DNA of 63,666 bases, counting the filler, from Octopus bimaculoides (taxonomy: Eukaryota): assembly GCF_001194135.2 (NCBI RefSeq). It is 6 parts of 6 records of this genome, joined end to end, with 100 filler letters (N's around TTAATTAATTAA, not from the genome) between each part and the next. Parts side by side here need not be neighbours in the genome. Positions count along the whole stretch, not along the records: positions 22,135 to 32,086 come from NC_068990.1; positions 32,187 to 42,782 come from NW_026309302.1; 4 more parts are not named here. One strand, given 5' to 3'. The position numbers and the translations under genes are program-made. Shown here one piece after another: positions 26,221-38,531 of the stretch. The number at the start of each line of letters is the position of its first letter. Position 1 is the first letter of the stretch. The notes under the pieces were generated by a model that saw only the letters and a list, made by a program, of their open reading frames with translations, had not been told where the DNA came from and made no database searches.

Positions 26221-29200
26221 CGAATTTATTTTACATAAACTATACAAGGTTAAACATAGAGGGGACAGCACAAGGACAAACCGGAGTCGGGGATAAAACT
26301 CAAATGATATGGTATGATGTACGGAAAAGTTACAAATGTATGATGATAATATATAATAGAGCGAATGAAAATAAGGAGCGATGGGTGGATGCAACCACAC
26401 CAAACACATCCCTTCACTGAACTGATTGGTAACCCTTTAATTAGGTCCTTTCACTCCTAACATTCGCGCAACTTTCTTCCATCTCTTTTCATACTTCGTG
26501 GCAGGCACCTCCTCTCCAGCCCTTCTTTCCTTCTAAGGTGGAAGGCAAAGCAGTTTACTAAATCAAGGCCGGAGATGAGGGTGCCTGTCATGATACCTTT
26601 CACGCATGTCTTCCACACTGCCTCTTTCACTATAGCCACTACAGCTATGAAACAGGCCTGCCCTTCCCTGTTTCCTAGTTGTGACAGCAGTTGCTCAACA
26701 TAAACCTACAGTTCCGAGAGTCTCGGACACTGCACGATTGCGTGTAGAACAGTTTCGCTGCTCTGCTCGCAACATGGGCATGTAGGCGAAACCGAGGCGC
26801 CATGCCTGGAGTGTTTTCTCGAACTGGTAAGGCACCTCGGTAAAATTGCCAAGCCAGAGACTTTTGGAAGTTGCCCATAGGCCCTGGCCCAAATGTTCTC
26901 CAGTACAAGCTGGCAAGTTGACTGTTATCGAAGCCCAGAGTTTCCCCCGGACCGTCGTCACACTTGACCTCTACTAACCTTCTATAAAATACCGAGGTGG
27001 AACCCCCACTGCTGGCGTTACTCGCCCGGGAGAGAAGCACGAGTGCCTGATGGCACTCCGATTGCCAAGCTCCTAGCCTTGGTCTACGCTTGATCCACGG
27101 TTCCAGTTCACCGAAAGACGTGAATCTGGGAAACATCAATTTGACGAACGGAGACCACATCCATTGGCAGAGCCATAGATGCCTCAACTTCAGCGCATGC
27201 CTGCGCATTTTTATCCACAGCTGGTAGCAGATAGAGCGCCTTACAAGAAGTCTTCTGCCCTTCCACAAGAAGTGAAAGGGCATTCGTTCCAAATTGTTCA
27301 GTCATGAACCTGGGCAAGGCACGATGGTTAGGCGGTAAGTGATTACATATGCGATAAACACATTTGCAACCTCTACCCTCTTTTTCAGGGATAGCCTCCA
27401 CTCAGACCAGGTCTGAGTTAGGAGAGCCATTCTGTTCGTGGCCTCGCTCCAGTTCTTCTCTATCTGAAGATCTGGACCGAACCAGACCACTAGCATTTTT
27501 AGCGGCCCATCTGTCCAGCGTCCGATGACACTGTTGGACGGCATCGACTTGCTTCTCCAGGTGCCGTGTTGCAAACCGACCGACTTATCCCGGTTAATTT
27601 TTGCTCCTGCCACCGCTTCATAATCCTTTAGGGCTTTACCTACCCTCTGTGGGCGCTGGTCCCTAGATACGCTGACGGTGTAACTGATCTTCTGCACCCT
27701 AGATCTCGCGGGGCACGACTCATAGCCTCCAATTTACGCAGTAATGGCTCAAGGGCCAATACATACAGCAGAGGTGAGAGTGGACATCCTTGACAGACCG
27801 ATCGCCCGATGCAGAACGGCTCCGAGAAGAAACCGTTCACCCGAATGACCGACTTGATGTTGCTACATAAAGCAATGATCCATCTGCGAAAGGTCGGGCC
27901 AAACCCGGCCGCCGCAAGGAGCGCCGCCAGATACTGATAGTCTACCCTATCGAAGGCTTTAGAGTGGTCTAAAGGGAACAACGCTCCACTCTTGCCAGGA
28001 ATTCTATTAACCCTCTCTAAGGTATAGCGTATAAGATGAAGATTGTCGTGTATAGACCTGCTAGGGATGGCGCAGGTTTGCGCCTCCTCGACAAGTCCAC
28101 CAACTTTTTGCAAGTACCAAGGCCAAAATCTTCAGCTGTGCGTTAAGCAGAGTGATGGGTCTAAAATAATCAATTGTTTGAGTCCTTTCTAAGCAGCACC
28201 ACAACCCCCTCGCTCACAGACTTAGGAATACTCGTGTTCTGATGCCAGTTGGTGTAGACGCATGCTAGTAGGTGCCCAAACAAGTCTGGCATACTATAAT
28301 AAAGTTCATAGGGGGACTATCTCATCCCGGTGACCTGTCCCCGCCACAGTCCGACAATGCCTCCTACACTTCCTCGGCTATGATCGGCCCTTCACAGCAT
28401 TCTGTATCCCACCCCGAGAGACAGACTAGCAAGGAAGTCCACAAGGTCCTCCCTTAACTCCGCCCCCCCCCCCGAATAGGTGGGCGAAATACTCGTGGAA
28501 GACCTTACACATCTCATCGGTTTCGTTTACCGTGCGCTCATGTTGGTGTGTCAAAGACCTTAATATGGCATTGTTGCCACGCTGGGTCTCTAACACACAA
28601 GCCCATCCAGCAACGTTAATTCCCTCTCGACCCATTGCACGTAGCTTTGCTCTGACAATGCAACCCTTGTGTTTATCTTCGAGGTGATGGTTGAGCGTTA
28701 TTCTCGCTGCCAACACTCGGGATGCAGAGTCGGATTTCAATGCTTCCTCTAAAGCCCTTAACTAAAGTCCTTCCTTTCTACACTATTTCTATGTTTAGCT
28801 AATTCTTTACTAAATCTAATTGACTCACATTTAATAACTCTTTTGAGGGCATACCACCATTTGTTGTTAATACTGAAACCGGTGAATGCCCTCATTACTA
28901 ACTGTCTGTTCCGGCTCCTGTGAGCTTCAAAGGCCAAAAGTAACCTGTTTAGCTTCCAGTAACCAGATCCCTGTCTATGCACACTAAGTAAAGCTTCCAA
29001 GTCACAAGTTTGTGATCACTGTAGGTGACGATGTGGAACTGTGGACACTTAAGTATATTTTTGTCCTTAATCTAAGTATGATCTAGAAGACCCGTTGCTA
29101 TTTGACTACGTCCACTGTGGAACACCCAGGCAATCTAGTCTATAACGATCTGCCAGCTGAAAACTACTGAGCAGATCATTGAGGCATGAGTTTCCCCTCC

Positions 29201-30298
29201 TAATTGGATTCGAGCCTACGAAATATACGTGTGCATCGTAAATTGCGTTGAAATTACCTAATAATACTAAAGTGTGCGACGTACCGAGAACATTTTCTAG
29301 GTTTCTGAAAAGGTCAGACTATCTAGTCATGCAAGGGGCACAGACAGCTACCAACCTGAAGTCTTACCACTGCTGTGCGTCACTTCAAGGACGACCAGCC
29401 TACCCTCCGAGTCAACACAGATTATTCTTGTTTTCAAATCGAGTCCCTTCCTGAATAGAACTGCGACTCCTTCCTCTCACACACACACCTCCAGGTTGAC
29501 ATAGAGAAATAACTTTCAATGAGGTCTCTCCTCTTTCTCCAGCACCGTTTTAGCCAACAGTGGAGGTGCGATTTGTTTTTCTCTTGGTGGGGCACAGATG
29601 TTTCCACGGTTGGTTGAGGGCATTCCGCTCTTACGTGGCCTTTCAGGCCACACTTGTAGCACCGAAGCTTCCTGCCTTCCACCGCAACTCTCAACTTGGT
29701 GTTTTCCCCCACCGTAATTATGTCTGTAATCTCTTCAAGATGTCAAACGCAGCCTGGATTAACATTTCCAGGGTCTGCCCCAGCCAGTTTTGTTTTAGGA
29801 ATTTCGTAATTTGGAGGATTATTATTTTCCCCTCCAAGCCCAGGAGGATGGCATCTATGATCCAGGCAACATCCACTTTTGGGTGTATTTCTCCTACCCT
29901 AATCCTAGAACATCTTCCAAGATACGTGGATAGGAGAACCACTTCAGCTGTTTTAGTGTATTTGTGGAATGCTGCCTGGCTATCTCTTCTGACCGAAACT
30001 GCACTTCCACTGTGCCGTACCTTTTCCCCTGGCAAGATAAAACAGGTTGGGTGAAGGCATTTTTCCACAGCCTCCTTCGAAACCAAGTCAATCTTTTTAT
30101 TCTTGATGACAAAAATCTTGAGTCTTGTAAATAATTGTCTTTTTCGCTACATCCTGTATTATTTCTCCGAGAGGGGTTATTTTAACTTCGTGCTCCTCCC
30201 TTTTGAGTAAACCGTCGTGTGTTCCTGCTACAAATTGAACTTTCACCTTCGCCATGCTGGTGGCCGCCGCAGAATTAATTGTCTTTTCTCATTCTTTT
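26221..30298 (-). mobile_element. Near full-length, defective Tx1-like L1-clade retrotransposon
   Basis: ORF1 with CCHC knuckle CYKCGLKGHVRAECP; EN motifs GNFNA, SDHKLV and GYWKLN; RT motifs KAFDRV and QGCPLSPLLY; YADD region deleted; many stops. Confidence 0.9.
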
Positions 30299-31260
30299 CA
30301 CTATAGGTCTTAATGGAATACCATCCATGTGAATCTTAGGAGACCGCACATGTGTGAGTACAGGTGTTGAGTCAGTTGTCCGTACTTCGTTGGTGTAAAG
30401 TGATCCTTGTTCTTGATCAAGATCTGTTACAACTTCCTCTCTGTTTTCAGAGTTGGATCTTTCTTTTCTTTGTTGTAGCTACCATCACTTATAAAACTTG
30501 CCAATTTTTCAAAGTAGTCAGACTTGTTCATCACCACTGTAGATTTCCCTTGTCCGCTGGAATTATTATGATAGAATTGTCACTCTGTAGTCTTTTGATA
30601 GCAAACGTTTCTTCCTTAGTGATGTTTGGTTTGGGAAGTTTCACTTTTTCTAGTGCCTGTCTCATTTTCCACCTTAGTTCATCTCCCTGAGCTTTTGGTA
30701 TCTTTATGGCTATCTCTTTAATAGGGGCTATTATGTCCAAGTATGGAATGTGCTCGATGGTTGTCGCAAAGTTGAGACCTTTGTTTAGTACTGCTTCTTC
30801 AGAGCTTTCTAGATGTCGGCTACTTACATTATTTACTGCTTTCACAGGTGGGTGACGGACTTCAGTCTTCATTCTCTGACCTTTGAGTTTCATAAACTTC
30901 TTAATCTGGCGTGTCTTCACCATTTCAAATTCTTTCATGTACGAATTTTCTAGATCTGTCCTGATGCCATATGGGCCGCATATCTTTTGTATCTTTTCGG
31001 AGGGGCCTTTTCGGAGAGGCAAGTCTTATAAGTGATGGTAGCTACAGCAAAGAAAAGGAAGACCCAACTCCCTGTGGGATGAAGTTAAAATAATACATAG
31101 AGAACACCACTGGAAATACGAAAACTAAAAGAAGCAACACATATGTTAAGACACGACAACCTCCTAAGCAGACTGAGTGCAGATATGAGTAGCATATGGG
31201 AACCGGTATTAAGGAAGGATAGGAAAATATTAGATTTATAGGCCCTAAAATTCACTCCAT
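30299..31260 (-). mobile_element. Penelope-like element fragment with an inverted segment
   Basis: VLNKGLNFA, PNITKEE, PADKGN and GLPKIH...GIPLRPIV on the minus strand; 31018-31070 is an inverted copy of about 30450-30502; endonuclease-end-like text on the plus strand to about 31215. Confidence 0.8.
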
Positions 31261-31270
31261 AATTGCCCAC

Positions 31271-31320
31271 GGGCATATGGCGTAGTAGTTAAGAGCGTGG
31301 GCTACTAACCCCAAGATTCC
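31271..31320 (+). mobile_element. Truncated tRNA-like SINE head
   Basis: gggcatatggcgtagtagttaagagc...ctactaaccccaagattcc; A-box-like, ends before the B box. Confidence 0.55.
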
Positions 31321-32049
31321 CCCATACCCAGTTTGTATTTATATACAGGTAGAATAGTTAGTGAGCTGTTATATAAATAGATGTATGTATGTGTGCGTGA
31401 ATTTTTGTGTATGTATGTGCATATGTGGGCATATGGATATGGAAGTAAACAGATAGACATACAGACGGATAGATACATAGGTTATATGAACAGACAAGCA
31501 CACATACACAAGGACACATATGGAGACACACGTCCACACATATGGAGATACACATCCATACATACAGACACAGTACATAGTCACAAAAACCCATTCACAC
31601 ACACACAGACACACACACACTCAGACATGCACACACAAGGAGACAAAGGAACTCACACATATACATGCAAACACACACACACAAATACACAAACACATGA
31701 ATATGCAGAATACAAACGTACACACATACATATATACATATGCACACACACATACATACATGCATACACACACTTACATGCATGCATACATACATACATA
31801 CATACATACATACATACATACATACATACATACATGTGTATGCGCACACACACTGACCCACATACATGCGCACAAACGAACAAAAAGAATGCAGCTTGAA
31901 TAATGGACAGGGTCAACAACTATTGAAAAGGTTGCAAGACGCAATGAAAATTTAAAAAAAATAAATAAGTACATGAGTGGAAATTTTACCGATGAGTGTG
32001 TTAAATTATAAGGCACTAAAAGAGAATGACTCTGCCCAGACACAACAGT

Positions 32050-32086
<37 letters not shown>

Positions 32087-32186
32087 NNNNNNNNNNNNNN
32101 NNNNNNNNNNNNNNNNNNNNNNNNNNNNNNTTAATTAATTAANNNNNNNNNNNNNNNNNNNNNNNNNNNNNNNNNNNNNNNNNNNN

Positions 32187-32585
32187 ATTAGGCTTGAAAA
32201 GACTTTCTTCGCATTTTAAATATTTTTCCTTAGCTACTGATGATAGCATTGACATGTCAAATACAGTCCAACTTGCGGTTTTTGTACGCAGAATTGATAA
32301 AGATTTAAATATTACAGAAGAAATGCTTGGTCTTCGGGGAATGAAAGATACCACCGGTGGGGAGGATATTTTTCAAGAATTGAAAATTTTAATGGCCAGA
32401 TTTAATCTACATTTCAAAAACTTTCATGGTTTATCAACAGATGGTGCTCCTGCTATGGTTGGTCGTAAAGCAGGCTTAGTTTCTAAAATCAGATCAGAAT
32501 TGGCTTCTATGAATATAGATACAAAAGATTTTTCATTGCATAATTCACCAAGAGAATTTGTGCACCAAGCCACTCAAATTTGAAC
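32187..32585 (+). mobile_element. hAT (Charlie/Buster, GTF2IRD2-like) transposase fragment
   Basis: FSLATDDSIDMSNTVQLAVFVR, DTTGGEDIF and STDGAPAMVG motifs. Confidence 0.88.
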
Positions 32586-35500
32586 ATGTTCCCCGCCCCA
32601 GGGTCTCACAGGCCCATACCTCCCACAACCTCAGGGTTAGCACTCTCAATGTTGGCACACTGAAAGGTAGGTCTGGTGAGATTGTTGAGATGCTTGAACG
32701 GAGATGTCGATATCTGCTGCCTCCAAGAAGTAAGCTGGAGACGAAGTTCCACTAAGTTCCTCACACGCAAAGAACACAGGTACAAGATTTTCTGGACAGG
32801 GAACACAGATGGGGTTGGGGGCGTGGGTATACTTCTTGCAGAGAAATGGGTGGATAAGGTAATTGAGGTAGCCAGAGTATGCGATAGAATACTTAAGATT
32901 AGATTAGTCCTTCACCATGGTTTAGCAACAATTATCTCAGCCCGGGCTACCTGATGGACAGACTACCTCTGTCGACAAATGACAGGGACCTTCCCGTTGT
33001 GGCTGGTGACTTCAATGGACATGTTGGACAACAAAGGGGCGTATATGGAGGCTATGGTTTTGGCTCCTGCAATGAGGAGGGAACCAGGCTGCTGCAGTTC
33101 TGTGATGCAAATGACCTTATGGTCTGCAATACTAACTTCAGGAAACCTGCCAGTCACCTAGTCACCTACCATTCTGGCAGACACACTAGCCAAATTGACT
33201 ACATCCTCACCTGGAAAAGGGAAAGATGGCTGCTTATAAATGCCAAAACCTTCCCAGGTGAAGAATGTACCCCACAACATAGACTAGTAGTTAGTGACTT
33301 CTGGATCAGGGCTAAGTGGTTGCCCAGAAGACGACCAGCATGGAGGAGAAGGGTCTGGAAGCTCAAAGATCCTGCGAATGGATAGAGATTTAGAGACTTA
33401 TTACTCATAGCCTTTGACGAAATAGAAGGAGAGATAGCTTCACACAATGTAGAAGACAACTGGAGGTTTCTACGGGACAACCTGCTGAGGGCCACAGACC
33501 AGATCTGTGGATGGTGCAAAGTCCCCTCTTGACCCAAAATAACATGGTGGTGGAACAATGTTGTTGACAGGGCTATTAAACAAAAGAAACAGGCTTGGAA
33601 GAATGGTGATAGCAGGGAATTGTATCAGACTGCCAGAAGGGAAGCTAGGCGACAGGTTTATTTAGCCAGAGGGGAAGCAGGAAAGAAAAAAATTGCCAAT
33701 GTTCTGCGCTGTGAGGACCAATGACTTGAGGTATTTCATGTTGCAAGACAGTATGTCTTGCAGCATAGGCGGCGAGCTGGCAGAAACATTGGCACGCCGG
33801 ACGAAATGCTTAGCAGTATTTCGTCTGGCTTTACGTTCTGAGTTAAAATTCCGTCGAGGTCGACTTTGCCTTTCATCCTTTCGGGGTCGATTAAATAAGT
33901 ACCAGTTATGCACTGGAGTCGATGTAATCGACTTAATCCCTTTGACTGTCCTTGTTTGTCCCCTCTATGTTTAGCCCCTTGTGGGCAATAAAGACATAAG
34001 NNNNNNNNNNNNNNNNNNNNNNNNNNNNNNNNNNNNNNNNNNNNNNNNNNNNNNNNNNNNNNNNNNNNNNNNNNNNNNNNNNNNNNNNNNNNNNNNNNNN
34101 NNNNNNNNNNNNNNNNNNNNNNNNNNNNNNNNNNNNNNNNNNNNNNNNNNNNNNNNNNNNNNNNNNNNNNNNNNNNNNNNNNNNNNNNNNNNNNNNNNNN
34201 NNNNNNNNNNNNNNNNNNNNNNNNNNNNNNNNNNNNNNNNNNNNNNNNNNNNNNNNNNNNNNNNNNNNNNNNNNNNNNNNNNNNNNNNNNNNNNNNNNNN
34301 NNNNNNNNNNNNNNNNNNNNNNNNNNNNNNNNNNNNNNNNNNNNNNNNNNNNNAGAGATGCTCATAATATCTGGCAGTGTCGGTTATAGCCTAGTCACCC
34401 GTATTGTTATCCAGGTGATACACGAAGGAGTCATACCCAATGACTGGTGTAGCAGCACCATAGTCAAATGCTACAAAGGTAAAGGTGACGCTTTAGATAC
34501 AAATAATTACAGAGGTATCAAGTTGTTAGATCAGGTAATGAAAGTCACAGAGAGGGTCATAGCTCAACTAATTAGGGAGAGAGTCAGTTTAGATGAGATG
34601 CAGATTGTATTCGTGCCAGGGAAAAGCACCACTGATGCTATATTTCTGGTAAGACAGCTGCAGGAGAAATACCTAGCCAAAGATAAACCACTGTACCTGG
34701 CTTTCGTTGACATGGAGAAAGCCTTTGACAGGTTCCCCCAATCCCTTATCTGGTGGTCAATGAGGAAACTAGGGATAGGAGAATGGTTAGTGAGAACTGT
34801 GCGAGCCATGTACAGAGATGCTGTCAGTAAGGTGAGGGTTGGCAACGAGTACAGTGAAGAATTCCGGGTAGAGGTAGGGGTCCACCAAGGGTCAGTCCTC
34901 ACCCCACTCCTATTTATCATAGTCCTCCAGACAATAACACAGGATTTTAAGACAGGATGCCCCTGGGAGCTCCTCTATGCTGATGACCTTGCACTAATTG
35001 CTGAGTCACTATCAGAACTAGAGGATAAGTTTCAGGTGTGGAAGCAAGGACTAGAATCGAAGGAGCCTTAGAATCAACCTAGCTAAAACCAAAGACCTAA
35101 TAAGTAGGAAGGTAAACAAAACACAAACCCCTTCAGGTAGATGGCCCTGCTCAATCTGTAGAAAAGGCGTAAGTAGAAACTCTATAAGATGTACCCAGTG
35201 TAAACTATGGACACATAAGAGGTGTAGTAATATCAAAAGAAGGTTAACAAGGAAGTTAGTTTTTTTATGTGGCAGATGTTCAGGAGCAATAAACGCTGAA
35301 AATGTGCAGAAAACAACCTTTGCCACACTCCAGGGAGAAAAACTAGAAGTAGTTGATAGCTTCTGCTACCTAGGTGACCAAGTTTGTAGTGGGGAGGGTG
35401 CATTGAAAGTGTAGCTGCTAGAATAAGAATAGCCTGGGCAAAGTTTAGAGAGCTCTTAGTGTGCATACTTAACAGAGTAGAGTGTAAGTACTTTGAGAGA

Positions 35501-35835
35501 AAAGTTGAACCTAAGAAGCATCAGTTGTGGTGTGCAAGATAGATGATTGCACTGGTATGGACATGTGGCAAGAATGGATGAGGATAGCTGTGTGAAAAAA
35601 TGCCACACCCTAGCAGTTGAGAGAACTTGTGGAAGTGGTAGATCGAGGAAGACCTGGGATGAGGTGGTGAAGCATGACCTTCAAACATTAGGCCTCACCG
35701 AGGCAATGACTTCTGACCAAGACCTTTGGAAATATGCTGTGCGTGAGAAGACCCAGCAAACCAAGTGAGACCATAATCCAAGGCCTCTGCCAGGGGTGTA
35801 GCCAGCCCACTTATGCGTACCTTTCCTTCATTGGA
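32586..35835 (+). mobile_element. Decayed RTE-clade LINE (EN + RT) interrupted by a SINE and a gap
   Basis: TLNVGTL, DICCLQE, AGDFNGHVG, SQIDYIL and QHRLVV (EN); KAFDR, HQGSVLTPLLF and LYADDL (RT); C-terminus matches 22135-22735. Confidence 0.93.
33768..34000 (+). mobile_element. Full-length tRNA-derived SINE with an alternative L1/Tx1-like 3-prime tail
   Basis: ggcggcgagctggcagaa head, common core, tail tgtccttgtttgtcccctctatgtttagccccttgtgggcaataaag. Confidence 0.88.
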
Positions 35836-36283
35836 NNNNNNNNNNNNNNNNNNNNNNNNNNNNNNNNNNNNNNNNNNNNNNNNNNNNNNNNNNNNNNNNN
35901 NNNNNNNNNNNNNNNNNNNNNNNNNNNNNNNNNNNNNNNNNNNNNNNNNNNNNNNNNNNNNNNNNNNNNNNNNNNNNNNNNNNNNNNNNNNNNNNNNNNN
36001 NNNNNNNNNNNNNNNNNNNNNNNNNNNNNNNNNNNNNNNNNNNNNNNNNNNNNNNNNNNNNNNNNNNNNNNNNNNNNNNNNNNNNNNNNNNNNNNNNNNN
36101 NNNNNNNNNNNNNNNNNNNNNNNNNNNNNNNNNNNNNNNNNNNNNNNNNNNNNNNNNNNNNNNNNNNNNNNNNNNNNNNNNNNNNNNNNNNNNNNNNNNN
36201 NNNNNNNNNNNNNNNNNNNNNNNNNNNNNNNNNNNNNNNNNNNNNNNNNNNNNNNNNNNNNNNNNNNNNNNNNATATGTATAT

Positions 36284-36451
36284 GGTGTTGACTACAAGAT
36301 TTGAACTTGTCTTTTCACTGTAACAAGGACTTCTAACATAATGGTTCTTCTGTTATTATTGTTATATGTATATGATGTTATTAGAAGAACCATTATGTTA
36401 GAAGTCCTTGTTACAATGAAAAGACAAGTTCAAATCTTGTAGTCAACCACC
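36284..36451. repeat. Fold-back inverted repeat, copy 1 (about 68-bp arms, 31-nt loop)
   Basis: 36284-36351 is the reverse complement of 36383-36451 with one mismatch and one indel. Confidence 0.92.
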
Positions 36452-37644
36452 TTTTGTCTTTCTTGAATCTATAAAATCAAATACCAGTCAAGTACTGGAG
36501 TCAATTTAATCAACCATCCCTCTCCTCTAAATCTGAAGTGTTATGCATCATCATCATCATCATGGGTTGGACAGTTTGACAACTGTCCAATCCATGCCAG
36601 ATTGGAGCCTAGTGTAGCCATCTGGTTCACCAGTCCTCTGTCAAATCGTCCAACCCATGCTAGCATGGAAAGCAGACGTTAAACGATGATGATGTGTGAT
36701 TAAAAGGAGAATTCATTGAACTCTTATGAAGAGCAGGAAGGTGTTGGTAGTCAGAAGTTACATCTATGAATATATTATTTTACCCCTGCTTCGTTAAAAT
36801 CATATATCTGCAACCAAGGATATAAAATCTTTCAATAACTATACCCCACTCAGTTATAGGGGCTTGCCTTGCAGGTACTTGGTAACCTGACCAGTGCTGG
36901 TACCACATGAAAAGCACCCAGTATACTCAATAAAGTGGTTTGTGTTAGGGAGAGCATCCTGCTGTAGAAACCGTGCCAAAGTAGACATTAGTGGTTGGTG
37001 CAGCCCTCTGCCTTGTTAGGTCCTGTCAAATTATCCAACCCATGCCAGTATGGAAAAAAGGGACATTAAATGATGATGATGGTGACAAAGAAAGGTAAAA
37101 TTACTTTAACTTAGAATGTAGATGGAGTCTGAACTCTTCCTAATATATCAACATAAATGAACTATATTAAACAGGGTTTCATACTTTTAAATGAGATAAG
37201 GAATTCCAGGCTTATTTATAAGCTGGTAAAATAAAAAACTTTCAATATATCCTGAGTAATGTAAAGAATACCATCAGAAAAATTTTCAGTACAAAGAAAT
37301 AATGTATTTAACACTTTCAATCAATTCAGTAAATCTATATAGTAGACTAAGTGAAAGAAATGAAACACAGGCTTGTTGCTATTGAGCTTTATTATTATTA
37401 TTAAGATAAATGTGGCAAGCTGGCAAAACTGTTAATATGCCAGACATAGCCCTGACTTCAAAATTGCTGGCTTTGTGCTAAAGTTTGAAACAAATTATCA
37501 TTATTATTATTAAAGCAGTGCACTGGCAGAATTCCATGTACAAAAACCGCAAGTTGGACTGTATTTGACAAGTCAATGCTCTCATCAGTAGCTAAGGAAA
37601 AATATTTAAAATGCAAGGAAAGTCTTTTCAAGCCTAATTCTACA

Positions 37645-38293
37645 TTATTATTAAAGCAGTGCACTGGCAGTGCCAGGCAAAATGCTTAACAGTATTTCAT
37701 CCGCCTTTACATTCTGAGTTCAAATTCCACTGAGGTTGACTTTTCCTTTCGGGGCCAATAAAATAAGTACCAGTGAAACACTGGGGTTGATGTAATCGAC
37801 TAGCACCCTCCCCCAAAATTTCAAGCCTTGTGCCTTTAATAGAAAGGATTAATATTATTATTATTATTAAAGTAGTGTCCTGGCAGAATTAATAGCATGC
37901 CGGACAAAATGCTTAGCAGTGGTCTATCCATCTTTATGTTCCAAGTTAAAATTCCACCAATGCCGATTTTGCTTTCAGGGTTGATAAAATAAGTAATAGT
38001 TGAGCACTGAAGTTATTGTAACCCACTTATCCCCTCCACTCCTAAAATTACTGGCCTTGTATCAAAATTTGAAACAAATTATTATTATTATTAACCGGCA
38101 GAATCGTTAGTGCGCCGGACAAAATGCTTAGCAGTATTTCTCCCGTCATTATGTTCTGAGTTCAAATTCCACCAAGGTCAACTTTGCTTTTCATCCTTTC
38201 AGGGTTGATAAATTAAGTACCAGTGAAACACTGGGGTTGATGTAATTACTAGTCCCCCACCTCCAAAATTTCACACCTTGTGCCTATAGTAGA

Positions 38294-38330
<37 letters not shown>
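37645..38330 (+). mobile_element. Head-to-tail train of three tRNA SINEs
   Basis: Three head/core/tail units separated by (ATT)n. Confidence 0.85.
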
Positions 38331-38363
38331 ATATTGTTGATATTATAATTGTTATATGTATAT

Positions 38364-38531
38364 GGTGTTGACTACAAGATTTGAACTTGTCTTTTCACTG
38401 TAACAAGGACTTCTAACATAATGGTTCTTCTGTTATTATTGTTATATGTATATGATGTTATTAGAAGAACCATTATGTTAGAAGTCCTTGTTACAATGAA
38501 AAGACAAGTTCAAATCTTGTAGTCAACCACC
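38364..38531. repeat. Fold-back inverted repeat, copy 2, inside duplicated block 38354-38683 (= 36274-36600)
   Basis: Same sequence at offset 2080. Confidence 0.92.

Noticed and set aside
26214-26226. AAATTCGTGA match to the U6 snRNA 3-prime region at the Tx1 end
   Set aside because: Only 10 nt with no further U6 similarity; expected by chance.
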